DNA of 64,000 nucleotides from Oculina patagonica (Eukaryota): NCBI RefSeq assembly GCF_052425735.1, contig NC_135758.1, positions 25,730,001 to 25,794,000 of the forward strand, read 5' to 3'. Shown piece by piece: positions 14,411 to 25,761 of this stretch (position 1 is its first letter; each line of letters starts with the position of its first letter). The notes under the pieces were generated by a model. It saw only the letters and a program-made list of their open reading frames with translations, ran no database searches and was not told where the DNA came from. The position numbers and the translations under genes were made by a program.

Positions 14411-15239
14411 AACGCATTAGTGAACACCGTTATTCTGCATCGGAAGACACCTTGAAACACAACATGGTAACGAAGGAGCAGTGACAGATCACCTTTTTAA
14501 AGTTCTAAAGAAATGCAGAAGCAAGTTCAATTGTTTGGTATATACAAGATGCTGTCCATAAAGGAGATCAAGCCTTCTTTCAAAATGCAGAGACTCAATT
14601 TGCGCAAACTGTTTACTTGACACTTAAGTACTTTTAATTGATTGTTCCCCTTTTTGTTTATTGTGTGTATTATACCCATAAGACACACAATATTTTTATT
14701 GTTTCACCTTTTATATATTCTTGTTTCAACGTTTTCTTTTTTGACTTTATAATGACGTAAAGTAGCGCCGAAACGTCGTTTGTGACGATGAGTTTAATAA
14801 ATTGCGTTTTACTTTTTGGTAAAATCTTTTTTTTTTTCAAAACTTTCCATTCTAATGCCTTTTAAACGAACGAAAAATGGGCTTATTATTTAAAAGAGGA
14901 AAATTCGTTTACATTGTGTTTGTTACTCCCCGTGACCCCGTGTTTTCCACAGATCCCGGGACCCCCGCACACCGTATACCGGAATCCCGAGACCACGGCC
15001 CTGCACAATCCACTAATCCGAACCATACGGCCGTTGCGTTCACTGCTTTGATACAGTTCTCGCTCACTTGCATGATAAGACATTCATTAGTGTAGCATGT
15101 GAAACTACTCAACTGTTCTATTCAGCATAAGTTTCATGAGTGAACAAGTTGAAATTTATTATAATAAAAAAAGGGTTTAAATTCCGTATGTTTTGTTCTC
15201 GACATTTCATTGGGTGAACTAAATTGTTAGAATCTATTA
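14411..15239 (+). repeat. Composite dispersed repeat X, copy 1
   Basis: Colinear similarity to 24276-25098 and 29516-29905 (ACACCTTGAAACACAA.ATGGTAAC..AGGAGC, GCGCCGAAACGTCG, CCGTGTTTTCCACAGA motifs). Confidence 0.8.
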
Positions 15240-15929
15240 GGGACGGACCATTAGAAAAGTGATGGGGGGGGGGGGGGGTGAAAACCGGGTGAAACCCTCT
15301 GCTCGAATTTTAGACAAACGTTTTTTTCTTCAGACAAATGCCATGTTTTGTTACTTTATACCATAAAAATGCTGTTGTTCATTGACTTCATCCTTTAGGG
15401 ACTGTCAATAAGTACCGAGGGGGGGGGGGGGGGTGGTCAAAGAGCGGTGCAATTGGAAAAAGTGGAGACCCACCCCTTCCTTCTAGCTCAAAACACCCAC
15501 CCCTGGGCGGGGGTTGGAAATTACATGATCCAACCCGGGGATCCACCCCTTTCTACAAAAAATAGTTACCGGTAATATGGAAAAAGTCTGTTTGATTGTC
15601 TGTAATGGATTAGAGGTTTTTGAATTGATATCAGCTTTAAAAGTGCGATCCCAATCATACGCCACCATAATTGTCGCTAATGAACACTGTAATTCTGTGA
15701 CGAGCTTAGGCCTTCGACAAAAAATATGCAAATTAGCTTAGCGGAGATTGAATCTCCGCTAAGGTAATTAAGATTGGTAACATAAGAACGTAGTTAGCAC
15801 GTTGAACTACCGCAACGTACAGTGAAGTGTCAGTCATAAACGTCGCGGCTTCTCTGTAGAGAAAGCAAAAAAATATATATTAACTGGAGTACGGGGTTGC
15901 CTAACAAGAAAACAGCAAACATCGAGGCA

Positions 15930-16271
15930 AGTAAGACAGAATAATCATTTAGCGCGAGGTTATATTCTGCCCACAGAAAACAAGAGCTCAGTAAAGAACT
16001 CACCACCTAAGTAAGACAGAATAATTTAGCGTGAGGTTATATTCTGCCCACAGAAAACAAGAGCTCAGTAAAGAACTCACCACCTAAGTAAGACAGAATA
16101 ATTTAGTGTGAGGTTATATTCTGCCCACAGATAACAAGAGCTCAGTAAAGAACTCACCACCTAAGTAAGACAGAATAATTTAGCGCGAGGTTATATTCTG
16201 CCCACAGATAACAACAGCTCGGTAAAGAACTCACCACCTAAGTAAGGCAGAAAAAAATTAGCGCGAGGTTA
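15930..16271. repeat. 77-bp tandem repeat, about 4.4 copies
   Basis: Unit AGTAAGACAGAATAATTTAGCGCGAGGTTATATTCTGCCCACAGAAAACAAGAGCTCAGTAAAGAACTCACCACCTA starts at 15930, 16010, 16087, 16164 and 16241. Confidence 0.92.
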
Positions 16272-16728
16272 GTAAAGCGAAATAAGTCAGCGCGCGATTA
16301 GCAAGGTTTAAGCACCGCAAGCTGATTATTATAGCAGTGCTTGACATAAGCGATCATTGTAAAACTGAAAACCCAAGTTAAATTTTATATTCCACAAATA
16401 AAAAAAAATAAAACTTACCATTGTGCGGTTCCCAGGGCTTTCCCGTTCGAAATTACCAAGGGAAAAGACCTGGGAACGAGGTTGTTCTTTCTTGGATGAA
16501 CGGCGGGCCGCGCTGTTTGCGAATTGCGTTACCTTATTATTTCCCGCGAGAATAAATTAATCCGGTAACAGTAATCATTTAGACGAAAATGCCGAATCTC
16601 TTTTCTTTTATAAGCCGAAACCCTTGCAAAATCTTACAGGGCTTTCCTGTTTCGCATTCATCCACACGAGTTTTGCAGTGTAGCGAGGAACATGTAGCAA
16701 AAAATGAAATAAAAACATGTCTTAAATT

Positions 16729-16992
16729 CAGGGTCGTAACCAGGTATATTTTTTCATCGCTCACTCCCAAATTTTAGCTCTAAATTTTGATTCCTGATCC
16801 CTAAAATGTGGCAACATTTGATCCCTGATTCCATTCTGATCCGATCTGATTGGCCGATCCGGATCCCATGACTTGTGACCCGGGATCCCGGGTTCATGAT
16901 CCCGATCCCGAGGCTGTGATCCCGATCCCAAGGCTGTGATCCCTGATCCCAAGGCTGTGATCCCTGATCCCATATACCTGGTTACGACCCTG
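16729..16992. mobile_element. MITE with 21-bp TIR and 7-bp TSD
   Basis: Perfect TIR CAGGGTCGTAACCAGGTATAT / ATATACCTGGTTACGACCCTG, TSD TTAAATT, internal GATCCC repeats. Confidence 0.85.
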
Positions 16993-17929
16993 TTAAATTG
17001 GTAACAATGCTAGTCAATTCATGTCGTGAAGACTACCTACAGCAATAGACTCCTTGAAAGCCCCAATCTTCACACATTCAACTTGTTTCCGCGTGCAGAA
17101 TTACTGTTGATCTCGCTCTTACCGATATCATTTTCGTCGACTCGCTTTTACATTTATAACTTACCAAAGTCGACTCATACTTGCGGCTGTCCGTCGGATA
17201 TCCAATGTCGTATAGCTGATACAAAAACACCAAAACGCCGCCTCAAACTTGACCGTGTTGCCAAGAAAACTTATGAAACAGGACTGAATCATTTAAGGTC
17301 GCAAACAATACCGATATCGACAGTTTAGCAAATAATATTATTAAAGAAGATAAACCAGCACGTTTCAAAACCGCAAAAGCAGAAACTGCGTGACACAAGA
17401 AACATCACGTACACATAGCTAGGACCGGTTTCATTTCACATTTCCTGGCATGCGGTGACAAGTTATGTACAAGATTTTAAAAAAGACCTCCTGGACAGAA
17501 TTTTTTTTAGGGCTAAGCTTGTCATTAGTTTCTTACACATCTTCTTTCGTTTCTTAACACACCAAAGCAGGGTGAATTTCTCAATCACTTCGTATAATAC
17601 TTTGTGTTTTTCATATATTTCTGTACGTATCAAGAAATGCGTTTCAACTTTGATAACAATAGGCTTTGTTTTACAAGCTAAAAATGACCCTATATGGCCA
17701 TTTTTGAACAATGGCGCAACAGCTTCAGAACACACGAGGGATTTGACGAAGTTTCCGATTAGCATACGAGCGGGAAATTTAAACGCTCGGAAAGATCCAA
17801 GAAAAGACAAATTCTCCCCGGGAGGGTGATACTGGTAGGTTTTGTTCGGTGCAAATAGCGACGGCGCGGGGGACGGGTAGGGGCGACAGTTGCATAAAGG
17901 TGAACAAGTGGAAATAAAAATTAAGAAAG

Positions 17930-18352
17930 GTTTCGAGTTCAAAGCGCGTTTCGCCTCTTCATAAGTGTGAATAAAATCTTAACAAGAGTTGAGTTCGAGT
18001 TCAAAGCGCGAATTCGAGTCTTTGCAAGTATGACTAAACGATTCGAGCAGGGCTTCGAGTTCTAAGCGTCGGTTCGTTTCTTCACAAGTGTGAATAAAAT
18101 CTTAACAAGAGTTTGAGTTCAAAGCGTGGGTTCGCGTCTTCGCAAGTGAGACTAAAAGTTTCGAGCAAGGTTTCGAGTTCAAAGCGTCGGTTCGTTTCTT
18201 CACAAGTGTGAATAAAATCTTAACAAGAGTTTTAGTTCAAAGCGCGAGTTCGTGTCTTCGCAAGTGCGACTAAAAGTTTCGAGCAAGGTTTCGAGTTCAA
18301 AGCGTCGGTTTGTTTCTTCACAAGTGTGAATAAAATCTTAACAAGAGTTTGA
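17930..18352. repeat. About 118-bp tandem repeat built from two diverged subunits, about 3.5 copies
   Basis: Recurrent GAGTTCAAAGCG..TTCG..TCTTC.CAAGTG.GA, alternating AATAAAATCTTAACAAGAG and CTAAAAGTTTCGAGCAAG. Confidence 0.88.
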
Positions 18353-18586
18353 ATTCCCATAGCGGGCCCTCGCATCAGTTAAGGGGATGAATAAAAGATG
18401 AAGTTCTATCTGTCTCTTGTTTGGAAATGGCCATGTCAAAATTCTTACAGTGCAGCTATTGTTGCCCGGGTCACCCAGACAATTAAAGTTATCCAATTAA
18501 AAATAGCGTAAGGTTTGTAGACATTTCATTGCCTTTTGTCATAGATGCCTCGAAGGGTTCTTTAGCATACCCATTATTTCGTCACT

Positions 18587-18737
18587 TGACGATTTCGAGA
18601 GCAGAACTCCAACCAACAAGTACAATTTATTCAAACTGACTTAAACGAGTGTTACAAGCATATATTAAGTCGATTACATAATGAGACTCACATTCCACAC
18701 ACATTCCACACGCACGCGTTTACGCGCTCATTCTACA
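18587..18737 (-). repeat. 3' LTR (151 bp)
   Basis: 18606-18737 matches 23008-23139 with 2 mismatches in 132 bp. Confidence 0.93.
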
Positions 18738-18880
18738 TCCCTCTATGCAAAAATAAGTACATTGTAGCAAAACTAGTGAAAGCGAAGTATCAAGCACAAA
18801 AATTCAGAAATCAAAACAGTCAAAATAATGTCAGTAACAAATCAAGTCTGGGCAAGCTTTTAGACGGTAAATGTCTCAAA

Positions 18881-21800
18881 TCAAGTTACAAAGTCCTGGA
18901 ACTTTGGATTTGGCCTTGATACCCTTCCTGATCTTGTAACGTAACCTTCTGGGCCACGAGCAGACACCTGGGGTCTAACGGGTGCATTCGCCGAAGACTG
19001 CTGTGGGACTGAAGATTTGGCGGGCGTCTTGGGTGTTGTTGGAGACGCAACAAGTGGAGAAGGAATTACATTATGGTCGGATGGTACAACAGGCGAGGAA
19101 GGAGGAGGTACATCCTGGTCTGTCGCTGGTTCCGGAACAGACAGGAGATGTCTACGGTTTCGGCGGTACTCCTTTCCGTCGGCTTGTACGATGTATGACC
19201 GTGGTTGTGCACTGGGCTGCTTAACGATGCCCAATTTCTGGTAACCTTTATCGGTCTGAAGTCGCACCACCTGCTGTGGACTGAGAGGTGGGAGAGGTTT
19301 GGCATGTTGATCAAAATAAGACTTCTGTTGTCGACGTTTCAGCTCCAAACGCGAGGAGACATCTCTGCTGATGAGTGTCTTGGGAGTAAGGAGCTTCTTA
19401 GCAACAGGAAGAACGCACCTGGTGCGCCTGGACATCAATCGCTGAGCAGGAGAACCTAGGATTTGATCTCTTGGAACGTTCCTGAGGTTAAGTAGGCCAA
19501 GCAGCGGGTCAGAGCCATCCTTCTTGCATTTGTCAAGCAGGTTCTTGGCTTACTTAACAGAATTTTCAACTAGACCATTGGACTGAGGAAAATAAGGGCT
19601 GCTGGTTACATGCTCGAAGCTCCATTCACTTGCGAATCTCTCAAATTCTCTGCTTGAAAATTGAGGACCATTATCTGTTAGCAGCCTGGTAGGAATGCCG
19701 TGGACAGCGAAGTGTCGCTTCATCTTCTGGATCACGGTTTTGGACGACAAATCACTGATGGTGTTCATTTCGAACCAACCAGAGTAGGAGTCAACGAGTA
19801 TCAGGTACTGCAAACCATTCCAATCAAATATGTCGGCGCTTACAAAGGACCAAGGGAGGTCAGGGACCGGGTGCATTAGAAGTGGCTCTTTCTGCTGGTG
19901 GGGTTTAGCACTGTTGCAAGGCTGGCACGACGCTACGGCAGAATCAATGTCGAGCAGCATAGAAGGCCAATACACGACTTCCCTTGCTCTTCTCTTCGTA
20001 GCATCCATACCAGGATGTCCCTTGTGGAGTTGCTGAACGTATTCTCTGCGCAACGTTTCTGGAACTACCACTCTCAGGCCTTTCAAGATGATTCCATCGT
20101 CCACGATCAGCTCATCTCGTATTGGAAAGTATGGTTGTACCTCTGGGGGTATACTCTTGGATTTTGCTGGCCAGCCATTAGTGATAAAATGAGTAACTTT
20201 CTGCATAACAGGATCTGCAAGAGTATGCCTCTGAAGTTCGGCCATGCGTGCAGGGGAGATTGATGTGAGGGACAGGATGTCCATCTGCTCATCAGCCTCA
20301 GCATCTGGCTTCTCATCAGTATAGGCGCGTGACAATGTGTCTGCTACATAAAGCTCAGTTCCCTTCTTGTAGACGAACTTCAAGTTGTACTTTTGAAGCA
20401 ACAAAAGCATACGTTGTAGACGAGCAGGAGCTAAGTGAAGAGGCTTGTTTACGATTGCTGTAAGAGGCTTGTGATCTGTCTCGATGATAGCTTGTCGACC
20501 ATAGATGAAATCATGAAAGTTCTTGCATGCAAATGTAGCTGCGAGAAGCTCCTTCTCGATTTGGGCATATCGTGTTTCGGCTTCCGTTACGGCACGTAAA
20601 GCATAGGCCACAGGGCAACCATCTTGCAAGCATGCAGCACGAAGACCACTCTTTGAGGCATCGACAGACAGTGTGACAGACTTTGAGGGGTCGAAGTACC
20701 TCAGAACTGGTGGCTGAGAGATGTCTTCCTTCAGGGCTTCGAAAGTTAGTTGCTTTACTTGCTCCCAGCTCCAGTGTGTGTCATTCCGCAGCAATTCGCG
20801 TGGTGGCGCGGTTTTCTCACTGAAGTTGCTAATGAACTTGTGAAGATAATTGGCCATGCCAAGAAATCGTCGGAGTGCCTCTGGGTCATTAGGAGTGGGC
20901 ATCTCTCTAATAGCAGTAACTTTGGCTTCATCAGGCTTGAGACCACCCTTTGTGAACTGATGGCCAACGTAAGACACTAGATCAAGTCGGAACTTGCATT
21001 TCTTTGAGCATAGCTTCATGTCGACCTCTCGTGCTCTTTGTAGAATCTTCTTTAGGTTTACATCATGATCCGCTGTTCCCTCGCCCCATACTAACAGATC
21101 ATCTACGATTATGGCACAGGGATATCCAGCAAACAGCTCTTCCATGGCACGCTGGAAGACCTCTGAGGCAGATGTGAGACCAAACGGCATGCGAAGAAAA
21201 CGGTACCTTCCAAACGGGGTACTGAAAGTTGTGAGCAATGAAGATTCGCAATCAAGTTTGATTTGCCAGAAACCACTTCTCGCGTCAAGTGTGGAGAACA
21301 CTGTGGCATTGGGCATGCGCGATGCAACATCTTCAACCGTTCTCATAGGATGGTGGGGTCTTCTAAGGGCTTTGTTGAGATCTCTCGGATCGATGCAGAT
21401 GCGGATACTGCCGTCTTTCTTCTTTGCCGCTACCATTTGTGAGACCCATTCAGTCGGTTCGGACACAGGTACAATTGCTCCAATCTTAACCATCCTATCA
21501 AGCTCTTTTTTCACACTCCCTTCCATTGCAAGGGGTATTCTGCGAGATGGTCTGACAACAGGGTCAAGCCTCATCTTGTAAACGACAGGTAGATTGCCCA
21601 GATCGCCTTCAAATAAATCTTTGTAGTCTTCAAGTATTGCTGCACGGAAGGCACCAGCAGCTTCAACTTCGTGGACCTCGCTGTGCAACTGAATGAGATT
21701 CAAGCTCAGAGAGTCCGTAAGACCAAGCAATGGTGTTACTGGTTTGTCAATGACGTGAAATTCCAGGCAACGGGATATCGACCTCGTGTGAACTTCGAAC

Positions 21801-22947
21801 TTCACAGTTCCCAGTGTAGCCAATGTGTCTCCGCCATAGGCAACTAATTGCACCGCTTTCGTGTGATCAATCTTCTCATTGCGGCAGATCCGTTTGAACA
21901 AATCAAGTGTGATGACATTGCATTTAGCGCCAGTGTCAATTTTGATTTCAACTTGTTTGCCATTAATTTCCATTGTGCAATAGATTTCACGCTTGTGCCC
22001 TGGAGTTGTAGTTATCGCGTCGATAACAAATAAATCCTCATCTTGTGCGGTAGGAAGCTCAGGAGAAATTTCGTCAACAGGACGCCTGCGATTTGGCCGT
22101 TGAACATTTGAATCTCGATTGAACCGCTGACCACTGAAACCTCGACGCGTACTTGGATGCCCGCCAGCGCGTTTTTGAAAACAAACTTTTTCAAAATGGT
22201 TGAGCTTTCCACAATAAAGGCACTTCTTACCAAACGCTGGACAGGATTTCGGCTTAGGTGCATGGTTGCTGCCACAGTTCCTGCAATTTTGGATGTCAGG
22301 TTTCAAATCTTTCTTCGGAAATTTTCCTCTTTTGCTAACGCCATGAACATCTTCCTTTGGATCACTGACATTACTCGAGAGTTCGCTGTTGTTTCTGTCG
22401 GATAACTCGTTGGCAATACCAATGTCGATAGCGCGGTCGAGTGTGAGATCTCTTTCTTTCAAAAGCTGCTTTCTGATGAGTGGAGAGGCGACACCACATA
22501 CTATTTTATCACGAATAAGCTCATCCTTCAAAGAACCATACTCGCATGTGTTTGCTAAGATTCTTAGATCGGCCACAAAAGACTGAAATGGTTCATCCAC
22601 TTTCTGTGCTCTTGTATTAAATTTATGTCGTTCCATGATCACGTTTCCACGAGGGTCGCAGATTTCGGCAAATTTTCTTTTCAGCACTGCGATACTTTCG
22701 CGAGATTCTGCTGCGACGCGAACGCTTTCATCCTCGTTTAGCACAGCGGGAGCGTAAACAAATGACTTTTCCTTCTCAATTGCTTCTCTTCCTGCTAGAT
22801 TTAAAAAATGTATGCTTTAGTTTTGGCATCCTTTTCTCCATGTGCGGCGGCGATAAATATTTCAACCTCCTGCTTGAAGTTTTTCCAGTTTAACGACACA
22901 TTTCCCTCGAAGCTCAGCGGCTCAGGTTTTCGAAGTCCGTCTGCCAT
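18881..22947 (-). pseudogene. gag-pol polyprotein, disrupted
   Basis: Starts MADGLRKPEPLSFEGN at 22947. Frameshift near 22805. CCHC knuckles, protease KIDTGA, RT IIVDDLLV, RNase H SVDASKSG..YAQIEKE, integrase HHCC and D..DNG..E. In-frame TAA at 19550-19552 separates ORF 19550-22744 from the integrase C-terminus ending at 18881. Confidence 0.92.
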
Positions 22948-23007
22948 GTCGATGAGCGAAACTTTTAACTGTTAATGTATCAGAGGAACCGGGCGATGCG
23001 GATTTTT

Positions 23008-23139
23008 ACTCCAACCAACAAGTACAATTTATTCAAACTGACTTAAACGAGTGTTACAAGCATATATTAAGTCGATTACATAATGAGACTCACATTCCAC
23101 ACACATTCCACACGCACACGTTTACACGCTCATTCTACA
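23008..23139 (-). repeat. 5' LTR (132 bp, internal end missing)
   Basis: Direct repeat of the 3' LTR lacking 19 bp at the end facing the internal region. Confidence 0.9.
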
Positions 23140-24275
23140 TCACTGACTCTCCCACGCATTTCGCTCCTCCCGCTTCAGGAGCGGTGCAAGTAGTTGAGGT
23201 GTAGCTGGCAGCAGCTACAATTAAAAAGGAACCATCAATCTTGCACGAAACTTGTCAGCCAAAGTCGATTGTTTTTCACGGTTCTCAATATCTCCGCCTG
23301 CATGCAAGTGGCAATGATTATTAATTCTGTTTCTCATTGGTTTGGTGAAAAATAACCACTGATATCAAGAAAAATATCGAACTCAGTAATTGTTTTATTA
23401 TACACTGAAGTCTCGAACAAAGTATAAAGGACTCAATTCCTCAGATACTCGTGCTAAATAGTCTTTTCTTTGGGTTCTGTATCTTTCTGTTTCTTGAGGT
23501 ACACTTGGAACACTTGCCTTGCTTCTTTCGTTGACTTTTTCGTGGAATGTTCCCAGCAACCTTACCCTCTACAATTACTTTCAATTTCCCGCTCTGATAG
23601 AAAGGCAAATAAAGCCATTATCTAGAATTATATGCAGCTCACAGAATAGAGATTGAGACTTCAGTGTATAATAAAAGCGAATATAAAGCCCCCGCGGGAA
23701 TGGATATTGAACGTCTGATTATGCAATCAATGTTTGTAGTACAGTTGATATGTGGTTAAAATGGTTATCTTTATTCCGCAGATTCAAGAGAGGAGCCGAA
23801 AACTGGGAAGCAGATCATCGCAACACCAGGGATAAGAGGTCTCTGTCTTCAATGCTAGACGCAGAGAAACGTCGCGGTCCCCCAATAGGGCTGAATGCTG
23901 CTAACCGAGAGCACGGGTCAGAATAAAAAAAAAGATGGAAAATTACATCAGCTAGCTATCAGCGATTGCGATCGGTTATGCTTCATTTATCAATTTCATG
24001 TGATTTCCTGTATGTGATACGAATAAAAAAGAATAGACATAACATAAAATATAGTTTTCAAAGTGAGTGTATTTTTAAACAGCCAACGGATAGTTTATTG
24101 TGGGCAGATTATTGAATAAAAGCTTGGTGGCAAAGTTGTTGTTTTCTATTGCTTCAATGAAAACCCTCAAACCCAATTTTGAAGGCGGACATTGGGGGGC
24201 ACTGAACACCAGATCACCACAAAAAAACTCGGCAGATATCACAATACCGCAAACAATTCAGGAAACACTTACACC

Positions 24276-25098
24276 AACGCATTAGTAAACACCGCTATTC
24301 TGCCAGACACCTTGAAACACAATATGGTAACAAAGGAGCCTTCTCTCGACACGCAAAGTGACTCACCGACTCGCGCCAAACTGTTTACTTGATATTTTAG
24401 TACTTTTAATAAGATTTTTATTTTCACTTTTCTTCAATTGTTTTACTTTGAGTATTTTACCCATTAGACAAAAATATTTTAATGGTTTAACGTTTTATAT
24501 ATTCTAGTTTCAACTTTTAGCCTTTTGACTTTATAATGACGCAGAGTAGCGCCGAAACGTCGTCTGCTCTTTTAGAGTTTTTGTTAATGAGTTTTAATAA
24601 CCTTTGAGCATTTAAGTTTTTGATAAAATCTTTTTCCAAATTCCTCCTTTTAAATTCATTTTGAACAAACAAACATCGAGCTTATGATTTTAAAGAGAAA
24701 AATTTGTTTGTTTTGTTTTTTTGTAAAAAAAAACCTGGAGCCCTGTGTTTCCCACAGACGCCGTGTTTTCCACACCCCGAGACGCCGTGTTTTCCACAGA
24801 CCACGGGAACCCAGGTCTCCGTACCCCATTTCTCGGTACCCCAGCCCCGTGTAATCCAATAATCTTAAACATGGGGCCGTTGTGTTCACTGCTTTGATAC
24901 AGTTTGAATTCAGTTCTCGCTCACTTGCATGACACGATATTCATTTGTGTAGCATGTGAAACTACTCAACTGTTCTATTCAGCATAAGTTTCATAAGTGA
25001 ACAAGTTGAAATTCATTATAATAAAAAAAAAGTGTTTAAATTCCGTATGTTTTGTTCTCGACATTTCATTGGGTGAAATAAAATGTTAGAATCTATTA
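24276..25098 (+). repeat. Composite dispersed repeat X, copy 2
   Basis: Colinear with 14411-15239. Its distal part resembles the right arm of the TIR element at 37208-37901. Confidence 0.8.
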
Positions 25099-25761
25099 TT
25101 CCCGTTCAGCTTTGTAATTGGATAACTTTAATTGTCTGGGTGACCCGGGCAACAATAGCTGCACTGTAAGAATTTTGATGTGGCCATTTCCAAACAAGAG
25201 ACAGATAGAACTTCATCTGTTATTCATCCCCTTAACTGATGCGAGGGCCCGCTATGTTACAAGCAGACCGGCCGGGGAGCTGTAATTAGTAAATCCCCCC
25301 ACTTCGCTTTAGGTACACGAAGATTAAAACTTCGTGTACGTACGTCTCAAGATGTTAATCATTATACCAGAGGAAACTTTTGTTTAGAATACATGAATAT
25401 TGATCTGTGGTCATTTTTAATATATATGTTAATTCGGAAGCGTGATCAGAACGTCCACTTTGCAATTTAATTGTTAGGGAGAGTGTATGATTGGTTACAG
25501 CACTCAGCTGACATATGATAGCATGTAATTGTAAAACAAAAATCCGCCCTTCTGTTGCTCATTTGTTTATGTATCTTTTAGAGCATTCAAGGTGATTTTA
25601 GAGACACAGGTTAAAATCGCGCGGAAAAAGGAGACCGAAGTATGTCATGTTTCTTTATAGGTTATTTAAGCTTTAATTTGACCTGGCCACGGATTATAAC
25701 GAATTTGAATCTTATTTCAGAACAACTTCAAGCAAGCAAGACTTCTACAGGTGTTATTGCC

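Larger units (their letters stand above)
18587..23139 (-). mobile_element. Ty3/Gypsy LTR retrotransposon, full length, degenerate
   Basis: TG...CA ends, TSD TCACT (18582-18586 and 23140-23144), two short LTRs, polypurine tract AGAGGGA next to the 3' LTR, gag-PR-RT-RH-IN order. Confidence 0.95.
18500..23926 (+). pseudogene. 5'-truncated copy of small secreted peptide-precursor gene (copy 1)
   Basis: Only the last 13 nt of coding exon 1 plus the donor remain (18500-18512), abutting an inverted upstream segment. The intron is homologous to copy 2 and holds the Gypsy element. Exon 2 (23782-23926) is open: (R)FKRGAENWEADHRNTRDKRSLSSMLDAEKRRGPPIGLNAANREHGSE*. Confidence 0.65.

Noticed and set aside
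17463-17942. 159-aa minus-strand ORF
   Set aside because: No recognisable motif or splice context, non-ATG start, and it lies in a repeat-rich inserted block.
18982-22586. Plus-strand ORFs over the Gypsy element
   Set aside because: They are antisense shadows of gag-pol.
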